Counted from the first letter of the stretch, positions 35,184 through 47,370 are shown. The stretch: DNA of 64,000 nt from an uncultured Actinomycetota bacterium (GCA_963829895.1 CAWHKF010000010.1:405925-469924); one strand, 5' to 3'. Program-made: numbers and translations. Notes: generated by a model from the letters alone, not told the origin.

Positions 35184-36038
35184 ATGAATGTCGAACCGTG
35201 GAGCACCGTCGGAGTGGGATCGTCTGCCGCGATCGTCCCCGGCATCCAGTACCTGCTGCGGGCACACGGCCACGCCGTGGCCGTGGACGGTGCGTACGGG
35301 CCTGCGACAGCCGCCGCCGTCAGCGCCTTCCAGACGGCGCAGGGTGTGCCGTCCGACGGGATCGTCGGGCCCATCACCTGGCCACGCCTGGTGATCGCCG
35401 TGCAGCAAGGGTCGACCGGCGACGCCGTGCGTGCCGTCCAGCAGTTCGGACTGCTGCGCTCGCCGGGGGACACCCCGCTCGCCGTCGACGGCGACTTCGG
35501 CCCGATGACGAAGGAGCGCGTCGAGTTCTTCCAGGAGTCGTGGGGCCTCTCGCTCGACGGCGTCGCCGGACGCGAGACCTGGTCGTTCTTCAGCACCTTC
35601 GTGCCGGGCGAGCGCCCGTGGGCGCTCGTGAAGCAGGGATCGTCGCAGGCGACGAACTGGCGCGTGCTCGCAGCGCAGCATCTGCTGCGCGCGCACGGGG
35701 CGACGATCGCCGCGGACGGCGCCTTCGGCCCGCTGAGCGGCCAGGCCGCGCGTGCCTTCCAGCAGACGCTGCGCGCCGTGGAGATCTCGACCACCCTCGG
35801 CCAGCTGGACTGGCCGAGTCTCATCATCACGGTGAAGCAGGGCGACGGCCCTGCGGGTGCGAAGGGCGAGGCCGTTCGTGCTGTGCAGACGCTGCTGGCC
35901 GGAGTGACCGTCGACGGGGACTTCGGTCCGCAGACCGACGCCGCGGTGCGGGAGTTCCAGGACGTCTTCCTGCCGCCCGCCGACGGCATCGTCGGCCACG
36001 AGACCTGGCACACGCTGATGATGCGCCTGTTCGACTGA
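35184..36038 (+). CDS. Protein made of four peptidoglycan-binding (PG_binding_1) repeats
   Basis: Repeated Q.LL...DG.(F/Y)GP.T..AV..FQ....DG(I/V).G..TW. Confidence 0.8.
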   Translation: MNVEPWSTVGVGSSAAIVPGIQYLLRAHGHAVAVDGAYGPATAAAVSAFQTAQGVPSDGIVGPITWPRLVIAVQQGSTGDAVRAVQQFGLLRSPGDTPLAVDGDFGPMTKERVEFFQESWGLSLDGVAGRETWSFFSTFVPGERPWALVKQGSSQATNWRVLAAQHLLRAHGATIAADGAFGPLSGQAARAFQQTLRAVEISTTLGQLDWPSLIITVKQGDGPAGAKGEAVRAVQTLLAGVTVDGDFGPQTDAAVREFQDVFLPPADGIVGHETWHTLMMRLFD

Positions 36039-36113
36039 GCGTCGGCGTGCCGAGAGCCGCCGCAACGCCGGTCGGCTCTCGGCCGCCTCGCGCCGCGGCA
36101 CTACTCTGAGACG

Positions 36114-36674
36114 GTGACGACCGGACGCGACGACGACGCCCTGACCTGGGACGGTGACGACGACCCCACGCTCGATGTCGGAGCGGCCGCGCAACCCGAC
36201 GTCGCCCCGGATGCTGAAGCCCCGGTCCCGGCTCCGGCTCCGGCGGAGCGGCTTCCGAAGGGCTACACCGCCGTCGGCAAGGGGAGCGAGGCGGTGGCCT
36301 CCGCGGATGCGCCGGGTACGGCATCCGTCGAAGAACCCGTGCCCGGCGACGACGACACGATCGCAACCGAGCGGAGGCACCTCGGCAACGGGGCGCTCGT
36401 CGCCCTCGGCGTGCTGGGCGGTGTGTACGCGCTCTACGCGGTCGGCTGGATCATCGGCGGCCTGCGGCTGCAGGGCCGGGCGCAGTACCTCGTACTCGAC
36501 GTGATGTACCAGGGGAGCCTCTGGCTCGCCGTGCTCGCGCCGGTGCTGTGGTTCGCGACGACCTTCCTCCTCACCCGCCGCTCGCGCGCGTGGGTGAGGT
36601 TCGCGTGGCTGGCGGTGGGCGCGGTGCTGCTCTTGCCCTGGCCGTTCGTGATGATCGGGGCGGTCGGGCAATGA
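36114..36674 (+). CDS. Hypothetical membrane protein with acidic/Pro-rich N-terminus
   Basis: Three TM segments; TACTCT -10 before GTG. Confidence 0.7.
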   Translation: MTTGRDDDALTWDGDDDPTLDVGAAAQPDVAPDAEAPVPAPAPAERLPKGYTAVGKGSEAVASADAPGTASVEEPVPGDDDTIATERRHLGNGALVALGVLGGVYALYAVGWIIGGLRLQGRAQYLVLDVMYQGSLWLAVLAPVLWFATTFLLTRRSRAWVRFAWLAVGAVLLLPWPFVMIGAVGQ

Positions 36675-37104
36675 GCGACGACGTCACGGTTCCCGCGCCC
36701 TCTGCAGACGACGCCGCGCGTCGCCCGGAGCCTCGGGGCGCGCGGCCCCCGCCGCGGCATCCGCGGCGCGGAGGGGAGAGACGCCCACCTGGCTCGTGGC
36801 CACGATCGCCGGCATTGTCGGCCTGTTCTACGCGTACGCCGTCTGGAACGCGATCGGCAACCTCGTCGCGACCCTCCAGGTGTTCGCCGGCGCGGGACTC
36901 ACGCTCAACGCGCTCGGCTGGTTCATCTGGATCTTCGCCGCGGTGTTCCCGCTGATCGTGTGGGGCGCCGCCTTCGCGATCGGCTACCGGCGTGCCCCGC
37001 ACGAGCTCCTGCTCGTGATGCTCACCGGCCTCGCGCTCGTCGCGGTGTTCTGGCTGAACGTCGTGGCCTACACGACGCTCAACTCGGCATCCTTCCTCGG
37101 CTGA
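36671..37104 (+). CDS. Hypothetical three-TM membrane protein; probable frameshift before 36790
   Basis: ATG overlapping upstream stop; TM ORF 36796..37104. Confidence 0.6.
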
Positions 37105-37273
37105 GGCCCTCGAAGCCTGAGCCGGCCGAGTCGAGCCCGACGGCCGTCACACGGTCGGGCGGGTCGCCGCACGGGCGGTAGGCTGGCACAGGCCTCGCCC
37201 CCGACGGCGTGCGGCGCGGCATCCGGTCTGCCCTGCTCCGCGCGCTCGCGCACCGCCCCCAAAGGAACCACCC

Positions 37274-38879
37274 GTGCCGAAGCCTGTCGTCCTCATCGCC
37301 GAAGAACTGTCTCCCGCCACGATCGACGCCCTGGGTCCCGACTTCGACGTGCGCCAGGTCGACGGCACCGATCGCCCGGCGCTCTTGGCGGCGCTCGCCG
37401 ACGCGAACGCGGTGCTGATCCGCTCGGCCACGAAGGTCGACGCCGAGGCGATCGCGGCGGCTCCGGTGCTCAAGGTCGTGGCCCGCGCGGGCGTCGGCCT
37501 CGACAACGTCGACATCAAGACCGCCACCACCGCGGGTGTCATGGTCGTGAACGCGCCGACCTCGAACATCATCTCGGCGGCCGAGCTCACCGTGGGGCAC
37601 ATCCTCAGCCTCGCCCGCCGCATCCCGGCCGCTCACGCGTCGCTCTCGGGCGGCGCCTGGAAGCGCAGCTCGTACACCGGCACCGAGCTGTTCGAGAAGA
37701 CGGTCGGCATCATCGGCCTCGGCCGCATCGGCGCCCTCATCGCGGCGCGACTGCAGGCGTTCGGCGTCTCGGTCGTCGCCTACGACCCCTACGTCACGCC
37801 GACTCGCGCGCAGCAGCTGGGCGTGCAGCTGCTCGAGCTCGACGAGCTGCTCGCGCAGAGCGACTTCGTCACGATCCACATGCCGAAGACGCCCGAGACG
37901 ACCGGCATGATCGGCGCCGAGCAGTTCCGCCTCATGAAGAAGACGGCGTTCGTCGTCAACGTCGCGCGCGGCGGCCTCATCGACGAAGAGGCGCTGCTAC
38001 ACCGCGCTGACCGAGGGCGAGATCGCGGGCGCCGGTCTCGACGTGTTCACGAGCGAGCCGCCGGCGACCGACGGCACGGCCTTCCCGCTGCTGAGCCTGC
38101 CGAACGTCGTCGTCACGCCGCACCTCGGCGCGTCCACCGACGAGGCGCAGGAGAAGGCGGGCGTCTCGGTCGCGAAGTCGGTGAAGCTCGCCCTCGAGGG
38201 CGACCTCGTGCCCGACGCGGTGAACGTCGCGGGCGGCGTCATCGACCCGTTCGTGCGCCCGGGGATCTCGCTCGTCGAGCAGCTCGGCCAGTTCTTCACC
38301 GGCCTCGCCCACAGCGCCCTCACGAGCCTCGACATCGAGGTGCGCGGCGAGCTCGCGGCGTACGACGTCAGCGTCTACCGCCTCGCGGCGCTCAAGGGCA
38401 TCCTCGCCAACGTCGTCAGCGAGAACGTCTCGTACGTCAACGCGCCGCTGTTCGCCGAGCAGCGCGGCATCGAGACGCGACTGATCGTCGAGGCCGAGAG
38501 CCCGCTCTACCGCAACATCACGATCCTCCGCGGCACCCTCGCCGACGGCTCCGTGCTCACCGTCGCCGGCACGCTCGCCGGCACGCGCATGGTGCCCAAG
38601 GTGGTCGGCATCAACGGCTACGAGATCGAGGTGCCGATCGAGCGCCATCACCTCGTCATGCGGTACGCCGACCGTCCCGGCATCGTCGCGATCTACGGCC
38701 AGAAGCTCGGCAGCGCCGGCATCAACATCGCCGGGCTCCAGGTGGCGCAGGCCGACGCCAGCGGCCGCGCGCTCTCGGTGCTCACGGTGGACTCGCCGGT
38801 GCCCGAGGACCTTCTCGACGAGATGCGCGAAGCGGTGGGCGCCGACCTGTTCCGCCGCATCGAGGTCACCGAGGACTGA
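37274..38879 (+). CDS. serA: D-3-phosphoglycerate dehydrogenase; frameshift near 37995
   Basis: RAGVGLDN, GLGRIG, NVARGG, TPHLGAST, C-terminal ACT DRPGIV. Confidence 0.95.
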
Positions 38880-38882
38880 GCG

Positions 38883-39397
38883 ATGGCACCGGGGGAGGCA
38901 TCCGTGCAGGCTGTCGCTCCCGTGCCCGCGTCCGGTCGGCGAGCCCCGTCTTCCGCAGCCTCGCGTTCGAGGGCCTGTCGCGCTTCGACTACGGCGACGT
39001 GATCCTGGCGTCGAAGCCTCCGCACAGCACCGACGACCCGCGCGTGTGGGCCGAGACCCTGTTCATGCCGTCGTCCGCGCCCGCGTGGGTGAAGGCCGCG
39101 ATGGGTGTGCGCATGGCGCTCAGCCCGCTTCTCGGACTCGAGGCCGCGCCGCGCGGGGTGTTCGACGTGCGCCGGGTTGTCGGAGACGAGGCGCTCATCC
39201 AGTACGCCGACAAGCACCTCACCTTCCGCTGCGGAGTGGGGGTGGATGCCGCGGCCGCCGTCGTGCGCGTCACCACGGTGGTGACCTTCAACGACTGGCG
39301 CGGCCGCGTGTACTTCACTCCGGTCTCGCTGGCGCACCCGCTCGTCGTCCACGCCATGCTGCGGCGCGCGCGCCGCACCCTCGCCCTGCGGGGCTGA
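38883..39397 (+). CDS. DUF2867-like protein (start uncertain)
   Basis: FDYGD, P.WV..AM..R, DKHLTFR, GRVYF.PV..AH..VV..ML. Confidence 0.65.
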
Positions 39398-39484
39398 GCG
39401 CGCCGCCGCGGGAACGCTGTACTTTCCTGCGAGCGCGCCGTTGCGCTCACGCGCGGTCGCCGCAATGTGCAGCGCTCAGAGGGT

Positions 39485-40030
39485 TCAGACGCGTGTCGCG
39501 CCCTCGACGAGGGCGATGAGCGCGTCGAGCGCCGGACCGCGGGGGACCGGCCCCGGGATCGAACCGCCCGACAGCGCGTTGTTGAAGTAGAGCCCGTCGC
39601 TCACGAGCATCACCAGGTCGAGCGCCACCCCGTCCTTCGTGTGTGGCCGGAGAGCCGCGGCCCACTGCTCGCGCACGTCGCGCAGTGCGTCGCTGGCCAC
39701 CGCGTCGCCACCCTGCGCGAGGCGAGACGTCGCGAGGATCGCGCGGTCGATGGGATCGTTCGCCATGACCGACGTGCGGAGGAAGTACGCGATCGGGCCT
39801 TCCGGGGCGGCGGTCATCACGGCGACATCCTCGGCCACCAGGGTCCGCAGCCGGTCGATGATCGCCGACTCGAGCGCCTCCTTGGTGCCGAAGTGGTAGA
39901 GCAGACCGCCCTTGGACACCCCGGCCGCCTTGGCAGTGGCATCCATCGTCGCGGCGCGCTCGCCCTCTTCGATGAGGATCTGCTCGAAGGCGTCGAGCAC
40001 CTTCTCGCGGGCGAGGGGAGGGCGACTCAT
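39485..40030 (-). CDS. TetR family regulator (LfrR-like)
   Basis: AKAAGVSKGGLLYHFGTKEAL; divergent from efflux MFS. Confidence 0.9.
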   Translation of the reverse strand: MSRPPLAREKVLDAFEQILIEEGERAATMDATAKAAGVSKGGLLYHFGTKEALESAIIDRLRTLVAEDVAVMTAAPEGPIAYFLRTSVMANDPIDRAILATSRLAQGGDAVASDALRDVREQWAAALRPHTKDGVALDLVMLVSDGLYFNNALSGGSIPGPVPRGPALDALIALVEGATRV

Positions 40031-40069
40031 GGCGTCGATCGTATCGACAGGGGCGGCCGCATCCTGATA

Positions 40070-40091
40070 CTATACCGGCTGGACGGTATAG
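40070..40091. promoter_or_regulatory. TetR operator overlapping the MFS promoter
   Basis: CTATACCG-N6-CGGTATAG overlapping TACTAT -10. Confidence 0.7.
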
Positions 40092-40093
40092 AA

Positions 40094-41635
40094 ATGATGA
40101 CTCTCACTCAAGAACTCTCGCTCGCCGACGCCCAGGGGCGGAAGGTCGGCTGGCGCGGCTGGGCTGCGCTCGTCGTGCTCATGCTGCCGGTGCTGCTCGT
40201 CTCGGTCGACAACACGGTGCTGAGCTTCGCGCTGCCGTCGATCGCGCTCGAGCTCGGGCCCTCGAGCGCCCAGCAGCTCTGGATCATCGACGCCTATCCG
40301 CTCGTGCTGGCAGGGCTGCTCGTCACGATGGGGACGCTGGGCGACCGGTTCGGACGGCGACGGATGCTGCTCATCGGCGCCACCGGCTTCGCCGCCGTCT
40401 CCGTGCTCGCCGCCTTCGCCCCGAGCGCGGGGTGGCTCATCGTCGCGCGCGCCGCCATGGGCGTGTTCGGCGCGATGCTGATGCCCTCGACGCTGTCGCT
40501 GCTGCGGAGCATCTTCACCGACCGCGACCAGCGCCGCCTCGCGATCGCCGTGTGGGCGGCGATGTTCTCGGCCGGCGCGGCGCTCGGCCCGATCGTGGGC
40601 GGACTCCTGCTCGAGCACTTCTCGTGGGGATCGGTGTTCCTGCTGTCGGTGCCCGTGCTCATCCCGCTCCTGGTGCTCGCGCCCCTGCTCGTGCCCGAGA
40701 GCCGTGATCCGAAGCCGGGCCGCATCGACCCGCTCAGCATCGCCCTGTCGATGGCGACGATGATCCCGATCGTCTACGGCATCAAGGAGCTCGCGGTGCA
40801 CGGGTTCGCGGTCGCGGCGTGGCTGCCGATGCTCGCCGGGCTGGCTTTCGGCGTGCTCTTCGTGCGGCGGCAGCTGCGCGCGCGCACTCCGATGCTCGAC
40901 ATGCGCCTGTTCCGCCGGGGAAGCTTCAGCGGCGCGCTGATGGTCAACCTCCTCAGCGTCATCGCGCTCGTCGGGTTCCTGTTCTTCGTCGCGCAGCACC
41001 TGCAGCTCATCGTCGGCCTCTCGCCGATGCAGGCGGGTCTCGCGCTGGTGCCGGGCCTCGCGATGATGATCGTGGCCGGACTCGTGGTCGTGCCGATCTC
41101 GAAGAGGTGGCCTGCTCGCGTCGTGGTGCCGGTGGCCCTGGTGTTCTCCGTCGCGGGGTACATCACGGTGGCCTTCGCCACCGGACCCGAGAGCATCGGA
41201 GCGCTGGTGGCGGCCTTCATCTCGCTCGGCATCGGCATCGGCGCCGCCGAGACCGTCTCGAACGAGCTGGTCCTCTCCAGCGCGCCGCCGGCGAAGGCGG
41301 GAGCCGCGAGCGCGGTCTCCGAGACGGCGTACGAACTGGGCGCGGTGCTCGGCACGACCGTGCTGGGCGGCATCCTCACGGCGCTGTATCGCACGAATCT
41401 CGTCATCCCCGAGGGGATTCCGGATGCCGCGGCAGCGGCCGCGTCCGAGACCCTGGCCGGTGCGGTGCACGCGGCGGGCGAGATCGGGGGCACCGCGGGC
41501 GAGGCGCTGTTCGAGGCGGCGGCGACGGCGTTCGACGCCGGAGTGACCGTCACCGCGCTCATCGGCGCGGCCCTGGTCGTCGTCGCGGGGGTCATCGCGG
41601 CCACTACCCTGGGAGGGTCCCGCCAGAAGTCGTAG
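40094..41635 (+). CDS. DHA2 (14-TM) MFS efflux pump, LfrA/QacA-like
   Basis: [34 protein letters not shown]. Confidence 0.9.
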   Translation: MMTLTQELSLADAQGRKVGWRGWAALVVLMLPVLLVSVDNTVLSFALPSIALELGPSSAQQLWIIDAYPLVLAGLLVTMGTLGDRFGRRRMLLIGATGFAAVSVLAAFAPSAGWLIVARAAMGVFGAMLMPSTLSLLRSIFTDRDQRRLAIAVWAAMFSAGAALGPIVGGLLLEHFSWGSVFLLSVPVLIPLLVLAPLLVPESRDPKPGRIDPLSIALSMATMIPIVYGIKELAVHGFAVAAWLPMLAGLAFGVLFVRRQLRARTPMLDMRLFRRGSFSGALMVNLLSVIALVGFLFFVAQHLQLIVGLSPMQAGLALVPGLAMMIVAGLVVVPISKRWPARVVVPVALVFSVAGYITVAFATGPESIGALVAAFISLGIGIGAAETVSNELVLSSAPPAKAGAASAVSETAYELGAVLGTTVLGGILTALYRTNLVIPEGIPDAAAAAASETLAGAVHAAGEIGGTAGEALFEAAATAFDAGVTVTALIGAALVVVAGVIAATTLGGSRQKS

Positions 41636-41642
41636 GAGCACT

Positions 41643-42705
41643 ATGTCGCGTGTCGTGAAGCTGGCCGTCATCCCGGGTGACGGCATCGGTCCCGAAGTCA
41701 TCGCCGAGGCGGAGAAGGTGCTGGATGCGGCGGCCGCGGGCAGCGGCATCCGTTTCGACAAGACGCGGTTCTCGCTGGGCGCCGGCCGCTTCCTCGACAC
41801 CGGCGACACGCTCACCACCGACGACCTGGACGCGATCAAGGCGCACGACGCGATCCTGCTCGGCGCCGTCGGGGGAGTGCCCGGCGACCCTCGCCTGAAG
41901 AACGCCAACATCGAGCGCGGCCTGCTGCTGAAGCTGCGGTTCGAGCTCGACCACTACGTCAACCTTCGGCCGTCGAAGCTCTACCCGGGCGTGCCGGGTC
42001 CGCTGGCGGCGCCGGGCGACGTCGACTTCGTCGTCGTCCGCGAGGGCACCGAGGGGCCGTACGTCGGCAACGGCGGATCGATCCGCACCGGCACGCCGCA
42101 CGAGGTCGCCAACGAGACGTCGGTGAACACCGCGTTCGGGGTCGAGCGCCTCGTGCGCTACGGCGTTCGACCTGGCCGAGCGTCGCGGCAAGAAGCTCAC
42201 GCTCGTGCACAAGACCAACGTGCTCGTCCACGCCGGCGGCATCTGGAAGCGCGTCGTCGACGAGGTCGCGCTCGAGCACCCGGACGTGACCGTAGACTAT
42301 GTCCACGTCGACGCGGCCACCATCTACCTGGTCACGAACCCGAGCCGCTTCGACGTGATCGTCACCGACAACCTCTTCGGCGACATCCTCACCGACTTGG
42401 CCGGCGCCGTCACCGGTGGCATCGGCCTCGCCGCCTCGGGGAACATCAATCCCGACGGCGCGTTCCCCTCGATGTTCGAGCCCGTGCACGGATCGGCGCC
42501 CGACATCGCAGGCCAGCAGAAGGCCGATCCCACGGCCGCGATCCTCTCCGTCTCACTGCTGCTCGACCATCTCGGGCTGCAGGACGAGTCCCGCCGCGTC
42601 ACGACCGCGGTCGAGGAGGATCTGGCCGCACGCGGCTCCGACGCGGGCGCGACCCGCACGACGACGCAGATCGGCGACGCGATCGCCGCCCGCCTCCAGG
42701 CGTAA
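41643..42705 (+). CDS. leuB: 3-isopropylmalate dehydrogenase; frameshift near 42160
   Basis: [43 protein letters not shown]. Confidence 0.95.
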
Positions 42706-42744
42706 TCTGAGATCACGTCGTCCTACCGACAGAGGATTCCACCC

Positions 42745-43857
42745 ATGACCATCGACCTTCCCCTCCAGGCGCCCTCGGCCGCAGGCCTCGTCTGGAACGT
42801 CACCCGGAACACCGAGGCGACTCCGGATGCCGAGCGCGAGGCGATCCTCGCCGACCCGGGCTTCGGGCAGCACTTCACCGACCACATGGTCGACGTCTGC
42901 TGGTCCGAGAAGGGCGGATGGCACCGGCCGCGCGTGCAGCCCTACGGCCCGATCCCGCTGGACCCGGCTGCTGCCGTGCTCCACTACTCGCAGGAGATCT
43001 TCGAGGGCCTCAAGGCCTACCGTCATGCCGACGGGTCCATCTGGACCTTCCGCCCCGACCGCAACGCGGCCCGCCTGCAGCGCTCGGCTCAGCGGCTGGC
43101 GCTGCCGGAGCTGCCCACCGAGTACTTCCTCGAGTCGCTCCGCGAGCTGATCGCGGTCGATGGCGCGTGGGTTCCCACCGCCCCCGAGACGAGCCTGTAC
43201 CTGCGCCCCTTCATGTTCGCCAAAGAGGCCTTCCTCGGCGTCCGGGCCGCGAAGAAGGTCGGGTACTACCTCATCGCGAGCCCGGCCGGCGCCTACTTCC
43301 CGGGCGGCGTGCAGCCGGTGAACATCGCGCTGTCGACGCGCTACGCGCGCGCGGGCCGGGGTGGCACCGGCGCCGCGAAGACCGGCGGCAACTACGCGTC
43401 GAGTCTGCTGCCGCAGGCCGAGGCGTACGAGAAGGGCTGTCAGCAGGTGCTGTTCCTCGACGACGGCTACATCGAGGAGCTCGGAGGCATGAACCTCGTG
43501 CTCGTCACGAACGACGGCCGACTGATCACCCCTCAGTCCGAGTCGATCCTCGAGGGCATCACGCTCGCGTCGGTGCTGCAGCTCGCCGAGGACCGCGGGC
43601 TCGTCGTCGAGCAGCGCAAGGTCTCGATCGACGAGTGGCGCGAGGGCGCGGCATCCGGCTCCATCGTCGGTGCGTTCGCGTGCGGCACGGCGGCGGTCAT
43701 CGTGCCGATCGGCAAGCTCGTCGCCGACGACTACGAGATCGTGCACGAGGGTGACGCGGCGTCCGAGCTGGCGATGTCGTTGCGCGAGGAGCTCACCGGC
43801 ATCCAGTACGGGCGCGTCGCGGATCGCCATGGCTGGCTGGTGCGTCTCGACGCCTGA
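42745..43857 (+). CDS. ilvE: Branched-chain amino acid aminotransferase
   Basis: FTDHM, FEGLKAY, AKTGGNYA, LEGIT, CGTAA. Confidence 0.95.
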   Translation: MTIDLPLQAPSAAGLVWNVTRNTEATPDAEREAILADPGFGQHFTDHMVDVCWSEKGGWHRPRVQPYGPIPLDPAAAVLHYSQEIFEGLKAYRHADGSIWTFRPDRNAARLQRSAQRLALPELPTEYFLESLRELIAVDGAWVPTAPETSLYLRPFMFAKEAFLGVRAAKKVGYYLIASPAGAYFPGGVQPVNIALSTRYARAGRGGTGAAKTGGNYASSLLPQAEAYEKGCQQVLFLDDGYIEELGGMNLVLVTNDGRLITPQSESILEGITLASVLQLAEDRGLVVEQRKVSIDEWREGAASGSIVGAFACGTAAVIVPIGKLVADDYEIVHEGDAASELAMSLREELTGIQYGRVADRHGWLVRLDA

Positions 43858-43955
43858 TCCGTCGTTCTTCGGATGCCCCGGGCCCGGCGCGCTGCGCGGG
43901 CTCGGGGCTGTCCGTGTCGGGCTGGTGGTGTCGGACAGATGGCTAGGCTGATCCG

Positions 43956-44724
43956 GTGAGGATCGCGCGCTTCAGCCACAACGACGCCATCAAGTTCGGA
44001 ATCGTCGACGAGGGAGAACTCGTCGTCCTCGCCGGCGACCCGATGTTCGCCGGGTACGACACGACGGGGGAGCGCGTGCCGCTCGCCGACGTCGCCCTGC
44101 TCGCCCCGGTCATCCCGCGCTCGAAGCTGGTCTGCGTCGGCCGCAACTACCGCGACCATGCCGCGGAGCTCGGCAACGACGTGCCGACCGCGCCGATGCT
44201 GTTCTTCAAGCCCAACACCACCGTGGTCGGGCCCGGCGACGCCGTCGTGCTGCCGAAGGGCTCGGACTTCATCAGCTTCGAGGGCGAGCTCGCCGCCGTC
44301 ATCGGTCGCATCGCCAAGAACGTGTCGGCCGCCGACGCCCTCGACTACGTCTTCGGCTACACGATCGCCAACGACCTGACGGCGCGCGACTGGCAGAAGT
44401 CCGACGGCCAGTGGGCCCGTGCGAAGGGCTTCGACACGTCCTGCCCCCTCGGACCCGCCATCGAGACCGACTTCGACGTCGAACGGGCCCGCCGTCATCA
44501 CGACGCGGCTGAACGGCGAAGTCCGTCAGCAGGGCCCGATCAGCGACATGATCTTCTCGCTCGCCGACGTGATCGCCTATGCGTCCGCGGCCTTCACGCT
44601 GCTGCCCGGCGACGTGATCCTCACCGGCACCCCGGCAGGCGTCGGTCAGATCGTCGCGGGCGACACGGTCGAGGTCGAGATCACCGGCCTCGGCATCCTG
44701 CGCAACACCGCTCGTGACGCGTGA
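43956..44724 (+). CDS. Fumarylacetoacetate hydrolase family protein; frameshift near 44485
   Basis: [37 protein letters not shown]. Confidence 0.9.
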
Positions 44725-44771
44725 GGGCTCGAGATGCGTGCCGTGATGCGTGACGGGGCTCGAGATGCGTG
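44725..44771 (+). repeat. Short direct repeat GGGCTCGAGATGCGTG x2 (31-bp period)
   Basis: Copies at 44725-44740 and 44756-44771. Confidence 0.6.
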
Positions 44772-46103
44772 ACAGGGCCCGTGGCGCCTGACGAGAGCGG
44801 CAGATCGCCTCACGCCGATGTCGTCGGCGTGAGGACCGACAGCGGGACCACCGCCGAAGAGGTGGCCGCGGTCCAGCGGCGCACCGTGTGGGTGCTCTCG
44901 CTCGGCCAGGTGCTCGGCGGGCTCGCCTTCGGCGCGACGCTGTCGCTCGGTGCGGTGCTCGCGGCCGACATCTCGGGCGAGGACGCGTTCTCGGGACTCG
45001 CCGCCGCCGCCGTGACGTTCGGCACCGCGCTGACGGCGGTGCCGCTGGCGGCGATCGCGCGCCGGCATGGCCGGCGACTGTCGCTCACCACCGGCATGGC
45101 GGTCGCCCTCGTCGGCGTCGGACTGGTGATCATCGCCGTCGCCCTGGCCGCGTTCCCGCTGCTGCTCGTCGGCTTCTTCATCATCGGGGCGGGCCAGGCG
45201 GCCAACCTGCAGTCGCGCTTCGCCGCGGCGGATCTGGCGACGGATGCCTCGCGCGGCCGCGATCTCTCGATCGTCGTGTGGGCGACCACGGTGGGCGCCG
45301 TTCTCGGACCGAACCTCACCGGGCCGGGTGAGGTGCTCGGCAGCGCGATCGGCATGCCCCCGCTGACGGGCGCGTATCTGTTCACGCTCGTCGCGCAGGG
45401 GCTCGCGATCGTGCTCTACCTCGTGGCGATGCGACCCGACCCGCTGCTGCTGGCGCAGCGGGTGGTCGCCTCGGCGCGGGCCGGCAGCCGCGTGATCGCC
45501 AAGGCCGATCGCCCGATCGCGGCCCGGTACGCGATCTTCGCCGTGGCCGCCGCCCACGGCACGATGGTGTCGGTGATGGCGATGACGCCGGTGCATCTGG
45601 CGCACCTGACGCAGGGAGCATCCGAGGCGGCCACCCTGTCGATCATCGGCTTGACGATCAGTCTGCACATCGCGGGCATGTACATGCTCTCGCCGGTCTT
45701 CGGCATCCTCTCCGACAGGGTCGGACGCGTGCCGACGATCCTCGTCGGCCAGGTGCTCCTCGTCGCGGCGCTGCTCACCGCCTCGTTCGGCCAGACGTCG
45801 ACGACCGCAGTGACCGTGGCGCTCGTGCTGCTGGGCCTGGGATGGAGCGCGTCGACGGTGGCAGGTTCGACCCTGCTCACCGAGTCGTCCTCCGAAGAGC
45901 TGCGCACGCGACGCCAGGGCTTCAGCGACTTCACGATGAGCATCGTGGGCGGTCTCGGCGCGATCATCGCCGGCGCCGTGCTCGGCTGGATCGGCTATGG
46001 CGGTCTCGCGCTGGTCGTGCTGGTGCTCGTCGCGGCTTCGGTGCTGCTCGCGCCGCTCGGCTGGCGCGCCTCCCGAGCTCGGCCCGCCGGTCAGACGGGC
46101 TGA
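44769..46103 (+). CDS. MFS transporter
   Basis: About 12 TM; RFAAADLA, GPNL, SDRVGR. Confidence 0.85.
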   Translation: MTGPVAPDESGRSPHADVVGVRTDSGTTAEEVAAVQRRTVWVLSLGQVLGGLAFGATLSLGAVLAADISGEDAFSGLAAAAVTFGTALTAVPLAAIARRHGRRLSLTTGMAVALVGVGLVIIAVALAAFPLLLVGFFIIGAGQAANLQSRFAAADLATDASRGRDLSIVVWATTVGAVLGPNLTGPGEVLGSAIGMPPLTGAYLFTLVAQGLAIVLYLVAMRPDPLLLAQRVVASARAGSRVIAKADRPIAARYAIFAVAAAHGTMVSVMAMTPVHLAHLTQGASEAATLSIIGLTISLHIAGMYMLSPVFGILSDRVGRVPTILVGQVLLVAALLTASFGQTSTTAVTVALVLLGLGWSASTVAGSTLLTESSSEELRTRRQGFSDFTMSIVGGLGAIIAGAVLGWIGYGGLALVVLVLVAASVLLAPLGWRASRARPAGQTG

Positions 46104-46106
46104 GCC

Positions 46107-47370
46107 TCAGAACCGCGTCTCGACGAGGTCGGTGACGATCGCGTTCACCGGGTCGTCGAGCGCGTCCACGACCGGCACCAGACGCCACTTGTCGAACATC
46201 GTGCACGGGTGGGAGAGGCCGAACACCACGAGGTCGCCGACCCCGAGCGGCGAGTCCGGCGCGATGCGCACGAAGCCGTGCTGGTCGTTGAGCTTCGTCG
46301 TCACCGCGCCGGGGAGCGGCATCCGCTCTCCCGCGGCGTCGATCGCGTACAGCGGCTCGGGCAGCCCCTCATCGAACGGGAAGTCGCGCTTGCCGGCGTC
46401 GACGATCGCCGTCTCGGCATCGAGGCGCGACACCACCCGGGCAAGCCCCCGCGCCGCGGGGCGCAGCCCTGCACCGTCGAACGGCGAGTTCTGCGCGGTA
46501 GTAGCCGTGGTCGTGCACGACGTACGCACCCGACCGCAGCACGAATCGCGTGCGGTCGCCGTCGACGGATGCCGCGGCGAACGCGGCGCCGACGACGTCG
46601 GGGTAGGCGCTGCCACCGGCCGAGACCAGCACGTCGCGGTCGTCGTACAGCGGTGCCAGCGCGTCATGGACGGCGAGAAGCTCGTCGACGTAGGAGCGCG
46701 CCGAGGCCAGCGCCTCGGGGCCGCGGCCGTGGGCGACGGAGCCCTCGTAGCCGGTCACACCCGCGAGCCGCACGGCCGGCGACGCCGCGGCACGCCGTGC
46801 GACGGCGACCGCCGCCTCCTGCGAGCGGGCGCCGGTACGTCCGCCCGGGCGCCCGACGTCGACGAGCACCTCCAGCGGCTGCGCTGGCGAGCCGCCCAGC
46901 GCGCGCTCGATCGCGTCGATGCCCGCGACGTCGTCGACCCAGCTCCACACGCGGGTGCCCGCCGCGACGGCCTCAGCGGTCCAGCGGATCGCCTCCGGCT
47001 GCACCAGCTGGTTGGCGAGCATGACGGCGGGGATGCCGGCTTCGACGGCGACGCGCAGCTGCGACGGCGTCGCCACGGTGATGCCCGTCGCTCCGGCATC
47101 CAGCTGCCGCCACCACAGCTGCGGCGCCATCGTCGTCTTGCCGTGCGGCATCAGCTCGAGTCCCCGCTCGGCCACCCAGCCGGCGAGGAACGCGATGTTG
47201 TCGTCGAGCGCCCCGTCGTCGATCACGAGCAGAGGGGTCCAGAGGTCCGCCAGCCGGGGTTTTCGCGCGAGGAACTCGGCGACGGTGAGGCCCGCCGCAT
47301 CCGCGGGGAGGCCCTTGTCGCCGGCCTCGAGCACTCGGCCCGACGGCCCCCGGCGCGCGGCGGCCGTCAT
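46107..47370 (-). CDS. DSD1-family PLP enzyme (D-amino acid deaminase/aldolase, alanine-racemase fold); frameshift near 46490
   Basis: PHGKTTMAP, GYEG, SAGGS, RSGAY, GKRD, NDQH, SHPC. Confidence 0.85.

Noticed and set aside
37105-37273. Riboswitch or leader peptide before serA
   Set aside because: GC-rich leader after TAGGCT but no recognisable aptamer or Ser-rich uORF.
44713-44775. GCGTG-rich direct repeat as a regulatory array
   Set aside because: Only two full copies; consistent with local slippage duplication.
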